This document shows positions 25,620 to 44,627 of a stretch of 64,000 nucleotides of DNA, piece after piece. Position 1 is the stretch's first letter, and each line of letters opens with the position of its first letter. Under the pieces are notes generated by a model. It did no database searches and was not told the origin of the DNA. It saw only the letters and a list, made by a program, of their open reading frames with translations. This DNA comes from the human T2T-CHM13v2.0 reference genome, Homo sapiens: assembly GCF_009914755.1 (NCBI RefSeq), contig NC_060925.1; one strand, given 5' to 3'. Made by a program: the position numbers and the translations under genes.

Positions 25620-27149
25620 TCATAAACCTTCACAGGAATTCATCAACCAATAATAACCAGTAAGAAATAAAACCTAGCTGGTTTTCCTGCCATCATTCAG
25701 CACGAACACTAATACTATAAAACTAATATAACACGTACTATCTTCTTGCAGGCCTTAACATTGAGGACATTCTGCATAAAGGAACAAAGGCTATTTACAG
25801 ACAATGTTCACAGTTTGTGTTTCTGCTTCATTAATTCAAAACAGAAAAAAATAATTCTTATACCAGAAATGTTTTGGATACCACCAGGATGACTTAACCT
25901 AACAGAACAGCACAATGACTGACAATTGTGTCTGCTTCTTGTGAGCTCAGACTGATGAACAACTGGAAGGCCAGCCACAGGCCCAATAACCTGATGCACA
26001 GTGATCACAAACATAAGGATTTATTTAAATAAAAGGTGTCATACAGCTCATGAGGTAAAGAAACAGCCACAAATAGCACTAAGAATGCAAAAAATGGCTG
26101 TGAGTTGTACTCTCTATTGGTATATAACACACAGCTGGTGACCCAAAAAGCCATGGTATTTCCAAAGGCGAGGGACTACGGTACTTAGCAACACTTTGCA
26201 GATTTAAAAAGAAAAGACAGCAGTCCTTTTTACAGCAGTGTTCTGTCATTCTCTGCCAAGAAAGAGTACTAACTGTTAAATTGGCCCCAACTATCTTTTT
26301 CACATTGAACATGATTCAGATGTTAACATGGTTTCCATTATCATTACAGAAAATTTTTAGATAATCTTTCTGATCTTGCAAAATACAATAATGTCCAAAG
26401 GAAATAGAAATTTAAAGTATAATGTGAACATATATTTTAACTGAGATACACATGATTGCAAACATTTAAATGATTAGGAAGTACATATTTATGGTATGTT
26501 GAATGCAATTTTAACTCAAATACAATACTTGCAGATTTAAGGCAATCTGTTCTCTACATAAAAAATAAGATTATAAAATGTAACACAATTATACTAATGC
26601 AATTTCTCATGTTATATATTATTAAATCATCAATGACACATTTTCTTTAAACACCAGATGACCTTGAGAGAAGCAAAGTTCTTTCTTCCCCCTGAGATTT
26701 CAAGTAGAGTCATCCCTTACTACTTGCATTTTGCTTTCTGGTGATGGAACTAGAATTACTGACAATTCAAATATAATTACCAGCATCTCTCTGGGTGAAC
26801 TAACCCCCTAGTGTCTTAAAACTTGCCTTCCAGAAGGAAATATATCTCTTCAAATTATACTTCATTAATAGTGAAGCTTAACGAGCCTTTAAAATACAGT
26901 CTTAAAGTGGTTTCATTCTCCCCATCTCCTTGCCAGTATTTCCCTTCCTCTCTAAGCATCCTTCTCTTCTCCTTCTCCAGGGTGAATTTTGAAGAGATTC
27001 TGAGGGATAGCCAACAGGACTATAGCGGTGACTTCCCTCAAGGATTGCTTCATCCAACCCAGCAGGTAGGGCCTGTAAAGGACTTCACATACGACATTTG
27101 GAAAATACAGTAATCAGAGTAAACCTAGGAAGTTTTCCAGAATGGCTCT

Positions 27150-28020
<871 letters not shown>

Positions 28021-28205
28021 AGAATATATATATTTTTAATTTCATTGATCTACTTGTCTGTCTTTTTACTATACCACAATAACTTTATTAATGTATCTTG
28101 AATTTAACAAGATCCCTAGGTAATTCATATATACATTAAATTTAAGAAATAATAAGTAGATAGCCCTTTTGAGGTATTTAGCAATGATAAAAAGAAACTT
28201 CTTGA

Positions 28206-28529
<324 letters not shown>

Positions 28530-28669
28530 TCAAGTATTGATTAAGCCACTTACCTAAGGTTACAGAAGTGGACCAGATCCCAGATTTCCTGATTCCCAGA
28601 CTATTGCAATGTCTACCAAAAACTCAGCTTTATAATTAAGTTTTACTCATTCAATAATAGGCAAGGAAA

Positions 28670-28923
28670 AAAGTAATTTCTATTTACCCACATATTTACC
28701 ACTTCTAGCACTAGTCATTTTTTTATGTTGATCTGAGTTTCTACCTGGTATCATTTCTTTTAGCCTGAAGAACTTCCTTTAATATTTCTTACAGTTTATG
28801 TGTACCATTGATACATTTGGTTTTTGCTTGGCAGTGTTTTTCTTCTTCCCCTTCCCCTTTCTTTCTCTTTTCTTTTCTTTTCTTTTCTTTCCTTCCTTCC
28901 TTCCCTACTTCCTCTTTCTTTTC

Positions 28924-28957
<34 letters not shown>

Positions 28958-30650
28958 CTTTCTTTTTTCCTTCCTTCCTTCATCTTTTCTTCCTTCCTTT
29001 CTTCCTTCCTTCCTTTCTTTTTTCCTTCCTTCCTTCTTTCCTTCCTTCCTTTTTTCCTGTCTCTCTCCCTTCTTCCCTTCCCATTTTCTCTTCTTTTCTT
29101 ACTTTCATTTTTTTAAGGGATCTTTATCTTTCACTAGGTTTCTCATTCCAGGTTGACAGGTTTTATTTCTTTTAGCACCTTAAAGGTGTTATTCAATTCT
29201 CTTTTGGCTTATTTGATAAATCAGCATTATTGTTCCCCTGGGTCTTGCGCAGAATGAGTCTTTTCCTCATACTGCTATTAAAACTTTTTTCTTTGATCCT
29301 TGGCTTTCATAAACTTGGTTATAATGTACCCAGGAGTGGTTTTCTTTGTTTTTTATCCTGCATGGAGTTTATTGAGATTCTTAGTTTATGGGTTAATATT
29401 TTTCACCAAATTGGGAATTTTTTCAGCTATCACTTCTTCAAATATATTTTCTGCCCCAATTTCTCTTTCATCTTTTTCTGGAACTCCAGTTTCACAGATG
29501 TTAGGCCACCTCATACTATTCCACAAGTCAGAGAGGCTCTGTTCATTTTTTTCAGTGCTTTTTTCTCTATGTGCTTCAGCTGAGATCGTTTATATTGCCC
29601 TGTCTTCAATGTCACTATTTTTTTTTTCTTCTATGGAATCTATTTTGCTGTTAAGCTCATTTAGGGATTTTTTTTTCATTTTAGGTGTTACATTTTTCAG
29701 TTCTAGAATTTCTAGCTGGTTTTCTTTTATACTTTCCATTTTTCTAGTGAGAATTTCTATTTACTGGAGTCCATATTTTCTTTAAAATTTTAAACATATT
29801 TATAAGAGTTGTTTTAAAGCCTTTGCTTGCTAATTTTAACATATCTGCTATCTCTGAGTATGTTTCTATTGACTTAAAAAAATCTGTTGTGGTCATGCCT
29901 CTTCACATATCTAGTAATTTTTGAATTGTATGCTAGACATTAAACGCTACATTATCAGGTCTGGATTTAAAGAGTGTTAAGTTTTGTTACGTTAATTTAC
30001 TAGTGGAGAAGCTTAATTTTTACAAAGCTGTTTTTAAACTTTATTTGGATGAACTTAGTATAGCCTTGAGTCCAGGGCTAGAGTAGCCCTCCTCCTACCG
30101 CCTGGCCTTTCTTGGTTCTTCACTGAAAACCCCAGGGAATCACTGAGAACATCTCCACTCAGAACATCTACATCTCCAGTTTTGTGCACCTTCTGGAATC
30201 TCCACCCAGTTTACAGCCCCCCAGTAGCTATTTGCCACCAGACTTTGTAGAGTCTCACCCAGAAAGTGAGAAGCTTAGCATTTGTCCAAAGACTTTATAG
30301 TACCCATATGCAGATTTCTGGACCTGTTTCTCTGTGCAGCTTTCTCTTCATTAGCCTGACCTACAAATTCCAACCACCTCAACCGCCCTGAACTGTGATC
30401 TCTGCCTCCTCAGAACAGTAAAGCAACCATTATCAACTTGGGCTCCATTTTGCTGTGCCGCCAGGAAAAAAGACAAGGTGACCAAGGGTTTCATCTCATG
30501 TGTTTCCCTTTTCCCAGGGATCAAAGTTCAACACTGGGTGAATTTCAACGTCTGAAAACAGTTGCTCCATATATTTTGTCCAGTTTTACAGCTATTTATG
30601 GCAAGAGGGCTGGTACTAGTAACTTCATCAAAGCCAGAAGCAGAAGTCCT
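28670..30650 (-). mobile_element. Old L1M (L1MD/ME-type) 5'/ORF1 region
   Basis: 'tttagcctgaagaacttcctttaatatttctt', 'ttttcagctatcacttcttcaaatat', 'ttttcagttctagaatttct'. Confidence 0.7.
28838..29113. repeat. Polypyrimidine (CTTT)n/(CCTT)n low-complexity tract
   Basis: ~275 nt almost entirely C/T on the + strand. Confidence 0.95.
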
Positions 30651-31777
30651 TCACACTGGATACTTTTGCTCATCATCTCCTGTTTGAAATTCTCCCTGGT
30701 TTTTAGAACTCTAATCTTGATTTTCCTCCTAAATTTCTTATTATTCTTTCACTACCTTCTCCTCCTCTTTATCCTTTAACCATGCTTCCCATGCCTAAAT
30801 TATATTCATTCTTTAAAATCCAAACTTTCTCCATAAAGCTTATCCAGTCTGCTACGCTGGAATTTATGCCAGGTATAAGTATATATGAACATACTTAACA
30901 CTTTATTGGCACTGCTTCAGACAGCACTTTGCACTTTCTGCCTTTTGAACGATCATGTCACTTCCATATTGTAAACTCTTTGAAGACACGGACAATGTCT
31001 AATTTATCATTGTTTCTTCCTCAGAGCTTAACACAGTATTCCTCTATTCACCTTTAATTCTGATATGGTGCTACTGGTGGTTGCCCAACAACGAGAGGAA
31101 ACGACATTTGCTGACTACACCCCACGCACTCTGCTAGATGCTTTGCACATGTTATCTTGCTTAATTCTTGAGAATGATACTGAAAAGTAAACACAACCAA
31201 ATGACAACAAAGCCAGTGGCTCTGACTGAGATCACACATGCTCAACTGCTGGAATTTCAGTTCTTTGAATCTCTTCCTTTCTCCTGGGAAAATGTGACAC
31301 TTTTGAGGACCTCCTTGCTGTCCCTTGCTTGTCACTGCCATCATTGCCCCCTTCTCAGATCCCTCTGGCTTCAGCCTGGTAAGAGGCTGCTTCCCATCTT
31401 AGTACCTCCCTAAGAAGTTTTTCTTGTGGCATCACCACCACTGCTGCTTCCACCTATCCCCGCCGCCACCACCACTGCCATTGTTTCTGCAGTGCTGCAG
31501 CCACTGGTACAGGGCTGCTCCAGGCCAGGCAGTTTCTCACTGAAGCCTGGCCTGCATTAAAGAGTCCTCTTTTGCTGCTTCTCTTCTGGGTTCTCCAGAG
31601 ATAGCCCTGCCTCTCCTGCCTCCTACCACCTCTGTCTGCAGAGCCATGGGGAAGCCCTGGAGGAGTCACACTACCAGAACACTCGGTGCCTCTGCCTGCC
31701 TTTGTCTCCTGGAGTCAGATCTGCTTCTCCTTCAGCCAGATTTTCTCACTATCCATAGCTACCAGTCAGTGGATTGA

Positions 31778-31791
31778 TGTCCCCCTGGTGG
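31778..31791 (-). promoter_or_regulatory. Candidate CTCF site (imperfect)
   Basis: Minus strand reads CCACCAGGGGGACA: 11-nt core match, then diverges. Confidence 0.35.
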
Positions 31792-31997
31792 TGGATCTCA
31801 TTGAACACGGACTCAGTAAATTGTTAAGTGTTTGCTAAGAACTTTTTATGTGTATGGAATCCTATTAATTGTCAAGAAATAAGTTAAAAAAAAACCCCAA
31901 CAACCAAATTAATAATTTAAAAACAAACATTTTGTTTGATAAGAGTTCCTTGCTTTAAAAAAGTTGAAATATATTAGACTATATAGATGTTCTTTAT

Positions 31998-32298
<301 letters not shown>

Positions 32299-32316
32299 TG
32301 ATGTTCTTTAAAGTTC

Positions 32317-32371
<55 letters not shown>

Positions 32372-32401
32372 CATCTATCTATCCATCCATCTATCTATCT
32401 A
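32317..32401. repeat. (TCTA)n/(TCCA) compound tetranucleotide STR
   Basis: Long atct array with atcc interruptions. Confidence 0.95.
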
Positions 32402-32980
32402 CTAAGCCCATGAAGGTACCAGGTTCTGTTCCCAGTACTTGGAATACAAGATAGACAAGATGCCTGCTATCATGGAGCTTCCAATAAACACACAAACTAA
32501 CATCACCTACTGATAAGTACAATATTGGACAGTGGTAAGTGATGAGAAGAAAATAAAGCAGGAAGATGGGATAGGAAATAGTGGCAGGAAAACATGAGAT
32601 AGGGAGATGAGGGAAGATCTCTAAGGTGACCTCTGGGCTAAGTGGCAGGTGATGATGGGGGAAAAGGTCAGTCTAGGGAGGGAGAACTTCAGTATTGCTG
32701 CAATGTAACGATCCAGGAGGTGAATCACAGGGGATGCGGTCAGACAGACAGACTAGCCCAGATCAGGTAGGGCTTACAAGTCCACAGTAAAGAGTTTGGA
32801 TTTTATTATAAATACAGGGAAAGGATTGGAAGGTTTCAAACAGACTGGCATGCTGTGATGATATTGCTCAAAGATCGCTTTGGCTGCAGCGTAGGCTGCA
32901 TTGTAGGGAAGCAAGAGCATAAGACCTCAAGACTCCAAGACCCATTAGGAGCTGTCATAACCTAAGTAAGAGATGATGGC
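32402..32980 (-). mobile_element. L2 relic
   Basis: 'tgcctgctatcatggagctt', 'taaagagtttggattttat', 'aagatcgctttggctgc'. Confidence 0.7.
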
Positions 32981-33230
32981 TCTATAACTCCACGAAATAA
33001 ATGTGTGTTTTATTAGATCATGCCCTCTGTTGATAGCCCACTGTACAGGATACTGGATCTACTGTATAACAAAACTAGATGGCAGGGTCATTGGCCTCAA
33101 AGACCTTTCTGTAATTCAATGGAAATGACAGGTAAAATTAAAGAGAACAAAGGGTGATAACTTATTGAGTCAATAAAAAGTTGGCAGAGATGAGCAGGCT
33201 CTCAACAATAGTCTTTGGCTGTGATAAAAT

Positions 33231-33269
33231 CTCCTGGGTCACTCTCCTGGGTCACACTCCTGGGTCACC
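33231..33269 (+). repeat. 13-bp tandem repeat x3
   Basis: ctcctgggtcact ctcctgggtcaca ctcctgggtcacc. Confidence 0.95.
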
Positions 33270-33364
33270 ATAGTGCTATAGAAGAACCAAGAAAACCATC
33301 ATTCAGATTTTGAATCACAGTAGCATAACCAAGCAAACTGCAAGCAAAATATGAATATGATTGT

Positions 33365-33760
33365 CACATATTTGCTGAGCACTTAGAATGTCTGGAACTT
33401 TCTAAGTGCTCATGCTCTAAATGAGTCATTTAGTCCCCAGAACAACACTGAGACAGTGATTATCATCCTCCTCTTCTAGATGAAAAAATCACAGCTTAGG
33501 ACATGGTGACTTGCCCACTGTTACATACGCTAAAAAGCATGAGAACCCATCCTCAAACTCTGACTAGTCTGCTCCCAAACCCAAGCTTATAAGGATGATG
33601 GCAATGTTTCCCAGGGTTGCCTGATAATAAGAACTATCTGTGGCACTTGTTAAAAATACAAATACCTATCCTCATTCCCTACCCCATGCCAGACCCACTG
33701 AATCAGAATTTCCAGGGAGGGGTCTGGTAAGCTATTTCTTTTAACAATGGCCCTCAATGA
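33365..33760. mobile_element. MIR (33365-33590) followed by a MER5-like hAT relic (33605-33760)
   Basis: MIR 'ttctagatgaaaaaatcacagcttag'; MER5 'cttgttaaaaatacaaat...ccagacccactgaatcagaatttcca'. Confidence 0.6.
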
Positions 33761-33762
33761 TT

Positions 33763-34032
33763 CTTTTTTTTTTTTTTTTTTTTTTTTTTTGAGACGGAGT
33801 TTCACTCTTGTTGCCCAGGCTGGAGTGCAATGGCGTGATCTCGGCTCACTGCAACCTCCGTTTCCTGGATTAAAGCGATTCTCCTCCCTCAGCCTCCCGA
33901 GTAGCTGAGATTATAGGCACACACCACCATGCCCGGCTGATTTTTTTTATTTTTAGTAGAGACAGAGTTGCACCATGTTGGTCAGGCTGGTCTCCTGACC
34001 TCAGGTGATCTACCTGCCTTGGCCTCCCAAAG
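33763..34032 (-). mobile_element. AluSp/Sq-like, 5' end missing
   Basis: Long poly(T); similarity stops at 'cctcccaaag'. Confidence 0.93.
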
Positions 34033-34734
34033 CCAAATATTATGATAACCGTATTATCTTTTTCTTAATATCATAATTATTCTTATTATATGTCTTACAC
34101 CAGAGTAGGCCACACCTAACAAAAAAGAAACACAGATAAATGGAGAATATAATACAGAGGAACAATCAAGGCAGGTGATAGCAGACACTTCTAGGAAGAA
34201 GTAAGTTTTGAGCTGAATTTTGGAAGGCCTGCTAAGAGGGAAAAAGTATTTCATTAAAGAAAGGCATGAAAAAGACACGAATAAGAGAATCAGGTGCATA
34301 CAGTACTGATAGGAATTGATGTCCCGAGGAGAGAAGGTGATTTGATTCAGTGCACACCCCACTGCTCAGTTCTTACATAGGTTCAAGCAGGTTTAGAGCA
34401 CTTGTGGTTTACTGAACCTGTCTATATTCTTGGCCTGATCTTGAGCAAGATTGTGCTAGAAGGGGAATCCTTGAAATAATACTCTATTATCATTATCTGA
34501 GATTAAAGGGTCAGAAAGAATCCTGATTTGAGAAATTTTTGTTTTTTAAAACTAAACTTATTTACCTGACTTCCTACAATAGACAAATGATCTCAAAAGA
34601 GAAACTTACTTGGAATATTATAATCATAGAAAATTTTCTTTAATTGATTTATAGACTTTTTTAATACATTTTAAACTGGATGCCATAGAAGCCATGTCCT
34701 AAATTCTTCTATAGCATTACCTTTAACAGCCTGC

Positions 34735-35750
34735 AACTTAACCAACAGATGTTCATTGAACGCTGACTTTACACCAGACACTGTGAGCAGCTCAGGGGAG
34801 ACAAAGATGTATAAAATGTGGCTATTAATCATGAGGATTCAGAATCCAGTGGGAGAAGACAAACAACCAGATATGTAATTCCGTGACAAGTTCTAGAAGG
34901 AAGGTTGTAAAAATGAATGGCTGAGGTGCACTAAAGAGAGAGCCCCTCAGTCTGCCCGGGCCTGACAGGGCAACATGAATGGTCTTGCCTGCTGGGTTTT
35001 GAAGTATTCACCAGATTTCACCAGGAAAAGGATGCAGAAAGTCTTCCCACCATGGAGAGAGAAGGAAGAATGACAAAGAGGTCAGTGTGAAAGAGTGAGC
35101 ATTAAGTCCCATGGGTTATCACAGAATCATACTCTGCAGTCACAATTTTTTCATTCTGCAGCAGTTTTTTTAAAAAAATAAATGACCATTAGCATTTAAA
35201 ATAGGGCAGTATTAGTATACAAATCTTTATTTCTGACTTAATGGAAACAAAGATTTCACACTTGGCCCACATCCTCTCACAGCAACACTCACCTGGTCCC
35301 AAGTAATAGCTGCCCCCTTCAGACAGGGCTCCTGATCCCCAGTCCACCCTAGACCCACAACTTAAACTCTTTTATTCCCAGCCCTCTATGCGGGCATTTG
35401 AGTTTGTGACCTAGGTAGAGCTTAGGCTATGAGGCAGTAGGAGAACACCTTGAACAAGGATGTGATGTCAGTGTAGCTTGAAGCAAAAGTGTGGATGGCC
35501 TTGCTTGCTAAGCTTATTCAGACTTTACCATGTGGGTGATGAGGAAGGGAATGACTACTGATAAAGTGAAGCAAGGTAGAGAAATGGTGACAACTGATTT
35601 TTAGGAAGGTGCCTCGGATAGATGGCTTGGAGGCATTTAGACTGAAGACAGAAACATAGGAGGCCACCACAAAGGTTCAGGTAAGAGGCGATGAAGAGCA
35701 GTAGTCAGAGAGTGACCACGGGGATAGAAAGGAGTTCCAGAGGCACAAAA
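34735..35750 (-). mobile_element. L2 relic with nested MER102-like hAT element (~35130-35412)
   Basis: L2 'caacagatgttcattgaacgctgac'; MER102-like 'ttcagacaggg...ggcatttgagtttgtgacc'. Confidence 0.55.
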
Positions 35751-35769
35751 GAAGAGGGGGTAGAGGCAT

Positions 35770-37134
<1,365 letters not shown>

Positions 37135-38184
37135 AAAAAGGCAAGGTAAGCTAGGCCAAGATGGCCAAATAGGAACAGCTCTGGTCTGCAGCTTCCAGTG
37201 TGATTGACGCTGAAGACGGGTGATTTCCGCATTTCCAACTGCAGTACCTGGTTCATCTCATTGGGACTGGGTTGGACAGTGGGTACAGCCCATGGAGGGC
37301 AAGCTGAAGCAGGGCGGGGTGTTGCCTCACCTGAGAAGTGCAAGGGGCTGGGAGATTTCCATTTCCTAGCCAAGGGAAGCCCTGATAGACTGTACCTGGA
37401 AAAACAGGACACTTCTGCCCAAATACTGGGCTTTTCCCAAGGTCTTAGCAACCGGCAGACAACGTGATTCTCTCCTGTGCCTGGCTCCGCAGGTCCCACA
37501 CCCATGGATCCTTGCTCACTGCTAGGGCAGCAGTCTGAGATCAATTTGTGAGGCGGCAGCCTGGCTGATGGAGGGGTGTCCACCATTGCTGAGGCTTGAG
37601 TAGGTAAACAAAGCGGCCAAGAAGCTCGAACTGGGTGGAGCCCACTGCAGCTCAACAAGGCCTACTGCCTCTAGACTCCACCTCTGCCGGCAGGGCATAG
37701 CTGAACAAAAGGCAGCAGACAACTTCTGCAGACTTAAACATCCCTGTCTGACAGCTCTGAAGAGAGCAGTGGTGCTCCCAGCCAGGCGTTTGAGCTCTGA
37801 GAACAGACAGACTGACTCCTCAAGTGGGTCCCTGACCCCCGTGTAGCCTAACTGGGAGACATCTCCTAGTAGGGGCTGACAGATACCTCATATAGGCAGG
37901 TGCCCCTCTGGGATGAAGCTTTCAGAGGAAGGATCAGGCAACAATATTTGCTGTTCTGCAATATTTGCTGTTCTGCAGCCTATGCTGGTGATACCCAGGC
38001 AAAGAGGGTCTGGAGTGGAACTCCAGCAAACTCCAACAGACCTGCAGCTGAGGGACCTGACTCTTAGAAGGGAAACTAACAAACAGAAAGGAATAGCATC
38101 AACATCAACAAAAAGGTCATCTACATGAAAACCCCATCTGTAGGTCACCAACATCAAACACCAAAGGTAGATAAAACCACAAAG

Positions 38185-39212
38185 ATGGGGAAAAACCAGA
38201 ACAGAAAATTCTAAAAATCAGAGTACCTATTCTCCTCCAAAGGACTGCAGCTCCTTGCCAGCAGTGGAACAAAGCTGGACAGAGAATGACTTTGATGAGT
38301 TGACAGAAGTAGGCTTCAGAAGGCCAGTAATAACAAACTTCTCTGAGCTAAAGGAGGATGTTCAAACCCATCACAAGGAAGCTAAAAACCTTGAAAAAAG
38401 ATTAGACAAATGGCTAACTAGAATAAACAATGTAGAGAAGACCTTAAATGACCTGATGGAGCTGAAAACCATGGCACGAGAACTTTGTGACATATGCACA
38501 ACCTTCAACAGCCAATTCAATCAAGTGGAAGAAAGGGTATCAGTGGTTGCAAATCAAATTAATGAAATCAATTGAGACGACAAGGTTAGAGAAAAAAGAG
38601 TAAAAAGAAACAAATAGAGCCTCCAAGAAATATGTGACTATGTGAAAAGACCAAATCTACATTTGATTGGTGTACCTGCAAGTGATGGGGAGAATGGAAC
38701 CAAGTTGGAAAACACTCTTCAGGATATTAACCAGGAGAACTTCCCCAACCTAGCAAGGCAGGCCAACATTCAAATTCAGGAAATAGAGAAAACACCACAA
38801 AGATACTCCTCGAGAAGTATCTTTCTCGACAACCCCAAGACACATAATTGTCAGATTTACCAAGGTTGAAATGAAGGAAAAAGTGTTAAGGGCAGCCGAA
38901 GAGAAAGGTCAAGTTACCCACAAAGGGAAGCCCATCAGACTAACAGCAGATCACTCAGCAGAAACCCCACAAGCCAGAAGAAAGTGGGGGCCAATATTCA
39001 ACATTCTTAAAGAAAAGAATTTTCAACCCAGAATTTCACATCCAGTCAAACTAAGCTTCATAAGTGAAGGAGAAATAAAATCCTTTACAGACAAGCAAAT
39101 GCTGAGAGAATTTGTCACAACCAGGCTTGCCTTACAAGAGCTCCTGAAGGAAGCACTAAACATGGAAAGAAAGAACCGGAACCAGCTGCTGCAAAAACAT
39201 GCCAATTTGTAA
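38185..39212 (+). pseudogene. L1 ORF1p, disrupted
   Basis: ORF1 peptides split over frames (EQSWTENDFDEL, KRPNLHLIGVP, KGKPIRLTAD, REFVTTR); frameshifts and stops. Confidence 0.95.
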
Positions 39213-39275
39213 AGACCATTGATGCTATGAAGAAATTGCATCAATTAATGGGCAAAATAACCAGCAAACATCATA

Positions 39276-43090
<3,815 letters not shown>

Positions 43091-43912
43091 GAAAACCAGA
43101 CACTGCATGTTCTCACTCATAGGTGGGAATTGAACAATGAGATCACTTGGACACAGGGTGGGGAACATCACACACCGGGGCCTGTCAGGGGCTTGGGAGC
43201 TGGGGGATAGCATTAGGAGAAATACCTAATGTAAATGATGAATTGATGGGTGCAGCAAACCAACATGGCACATGTATACCTATGTATCAAACCTGCACAT
43301 TGTGCACATGTACCCTAGAACTTAAAGCATTAAAAAAAAAAAAAAGGCAAGGTAAATGTTTAGTTCTTTCCCTTTTACTATCAATGTCAGAGTAAGGATT
43401 TATTGAATGATCACTTCCAATGATGGCAAATTAGTTTTTTTTTCCTTTTCTTTCACTTTTTTGGGTATTACTATGGACTAATGAATTTTTATGTATTCAA
43501 TGTTTTGCAATCAATATAGCCATATTCAAACTGTCCAAACTTTGGCTAGTGGGAGCCCTTTCACACTAGCCCCTGTGTCCTTGTATCATGCCTCCATAAA
43601 TCGCTGAGCACTTCCTTGGTATATCAAAATGTCCTAAACTTACCTTGTAGTTTCCATGCTCAACACCTAGAATCAGCTATTTCTCCTGTAAACAGGAACA
43701 TTGTTTACTGTGTTTCAATAAACAAAGATGAGTAGAAACCAAGATCTTGGTTCTAGGTATTGCTCATTGCTAGAGGAATATCATTGCTTCTATGTTCTTT
43801 CAGTGTACAGAGCTAGAATACACACACACACACACATATATATGTTTTTAATTCATGAGTCCATATTGATATTGCCAATTCAAATTTAATATAGTTTAAA
43901 ATTACAAGTGTT

Positions 43913-44043
43913 GGCTGGGCACGGTGGCTCACACCTGTAATCCCAGCACTTTGGGGGGCCAAGGCGGGCAGATAACTTGAGGTCAGGACTTCAAGACCAG
44001 CCTGGCCAACATGGTGAAACCTTGTCTCTTAAAAAAAAAAAAT
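43913..44043 (+). mobile_element. Alu left monomer with its own TSD
   Basis: Left arm plus A tract; TSD aaaattacaagtgtt / aaaattacgagtgtt. Confidence 0.9.
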
Positions 44044-44627
44044 TACGAGTGTTTTTATTAGACATTTTAAAAGAAGCATGAACAGACTTTGAATAATGAG
44101 TTAAATGTAAGAGGCAAGGACAAAGAAAGAATGAAGAATGAGTCCCTAAGTTCCCAGTTTGAGAACCTGAACTTGGGTTCATGGTGTTGCTGCTGCCATT
44201 TTACCCAAGGTAAGGAGTAAGAAAAAGAGAAAAATTCATAGGGCAGGGGTAGGGGATGAGAAGTCAGTTTTACATAGTTCAGTGCTTTGTTTTATTTGTT
44301 GGTTTGTTATAAAATTAAATAATCTATTTGAGAACTGACACAGGTGAGCAATAAGAAAAGGAATTTACAGAGGTATAAAATGTAAGTTATATCCAAAGTA
44401 CCAGTCAAGACTCATCTCAAAGACTGAGCACTCTTCGAATACTGTTAAAATTTGTGGAATCTTTGTACTCCAGTATGTGGATGAATTTAGAAACCTGAGT
44501 ATGACTTCTTAGGGTGTAGAAATCTAGCTCAAGCAAAGGAGGAAAGAAAAACAAATTTAAAATTAAGGTTAGAAACTTCTGAAAAAAAAAGAGAAACTTA
44601 AAAAAAAAACCTGGATTTAAAACATAG

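Noticed and set aside
28789-29785. Phe/Ser/Leu-rich ORFs resembling membrane proteins
   Set aside because: Produced by the CT-rich microsatellite and antisense L1, which lack stop codons
37941-37977. 17-bp tandem repeat caatatttgctgttctg in the L1 5'UTR
   Set aside because: As I recall, this is part of the L1PA subfamily consensus and not locus-specific
43177-43206. G-quadruplex motif
   Set aside because: Standard L1 3'UTR G-rich tract; well known
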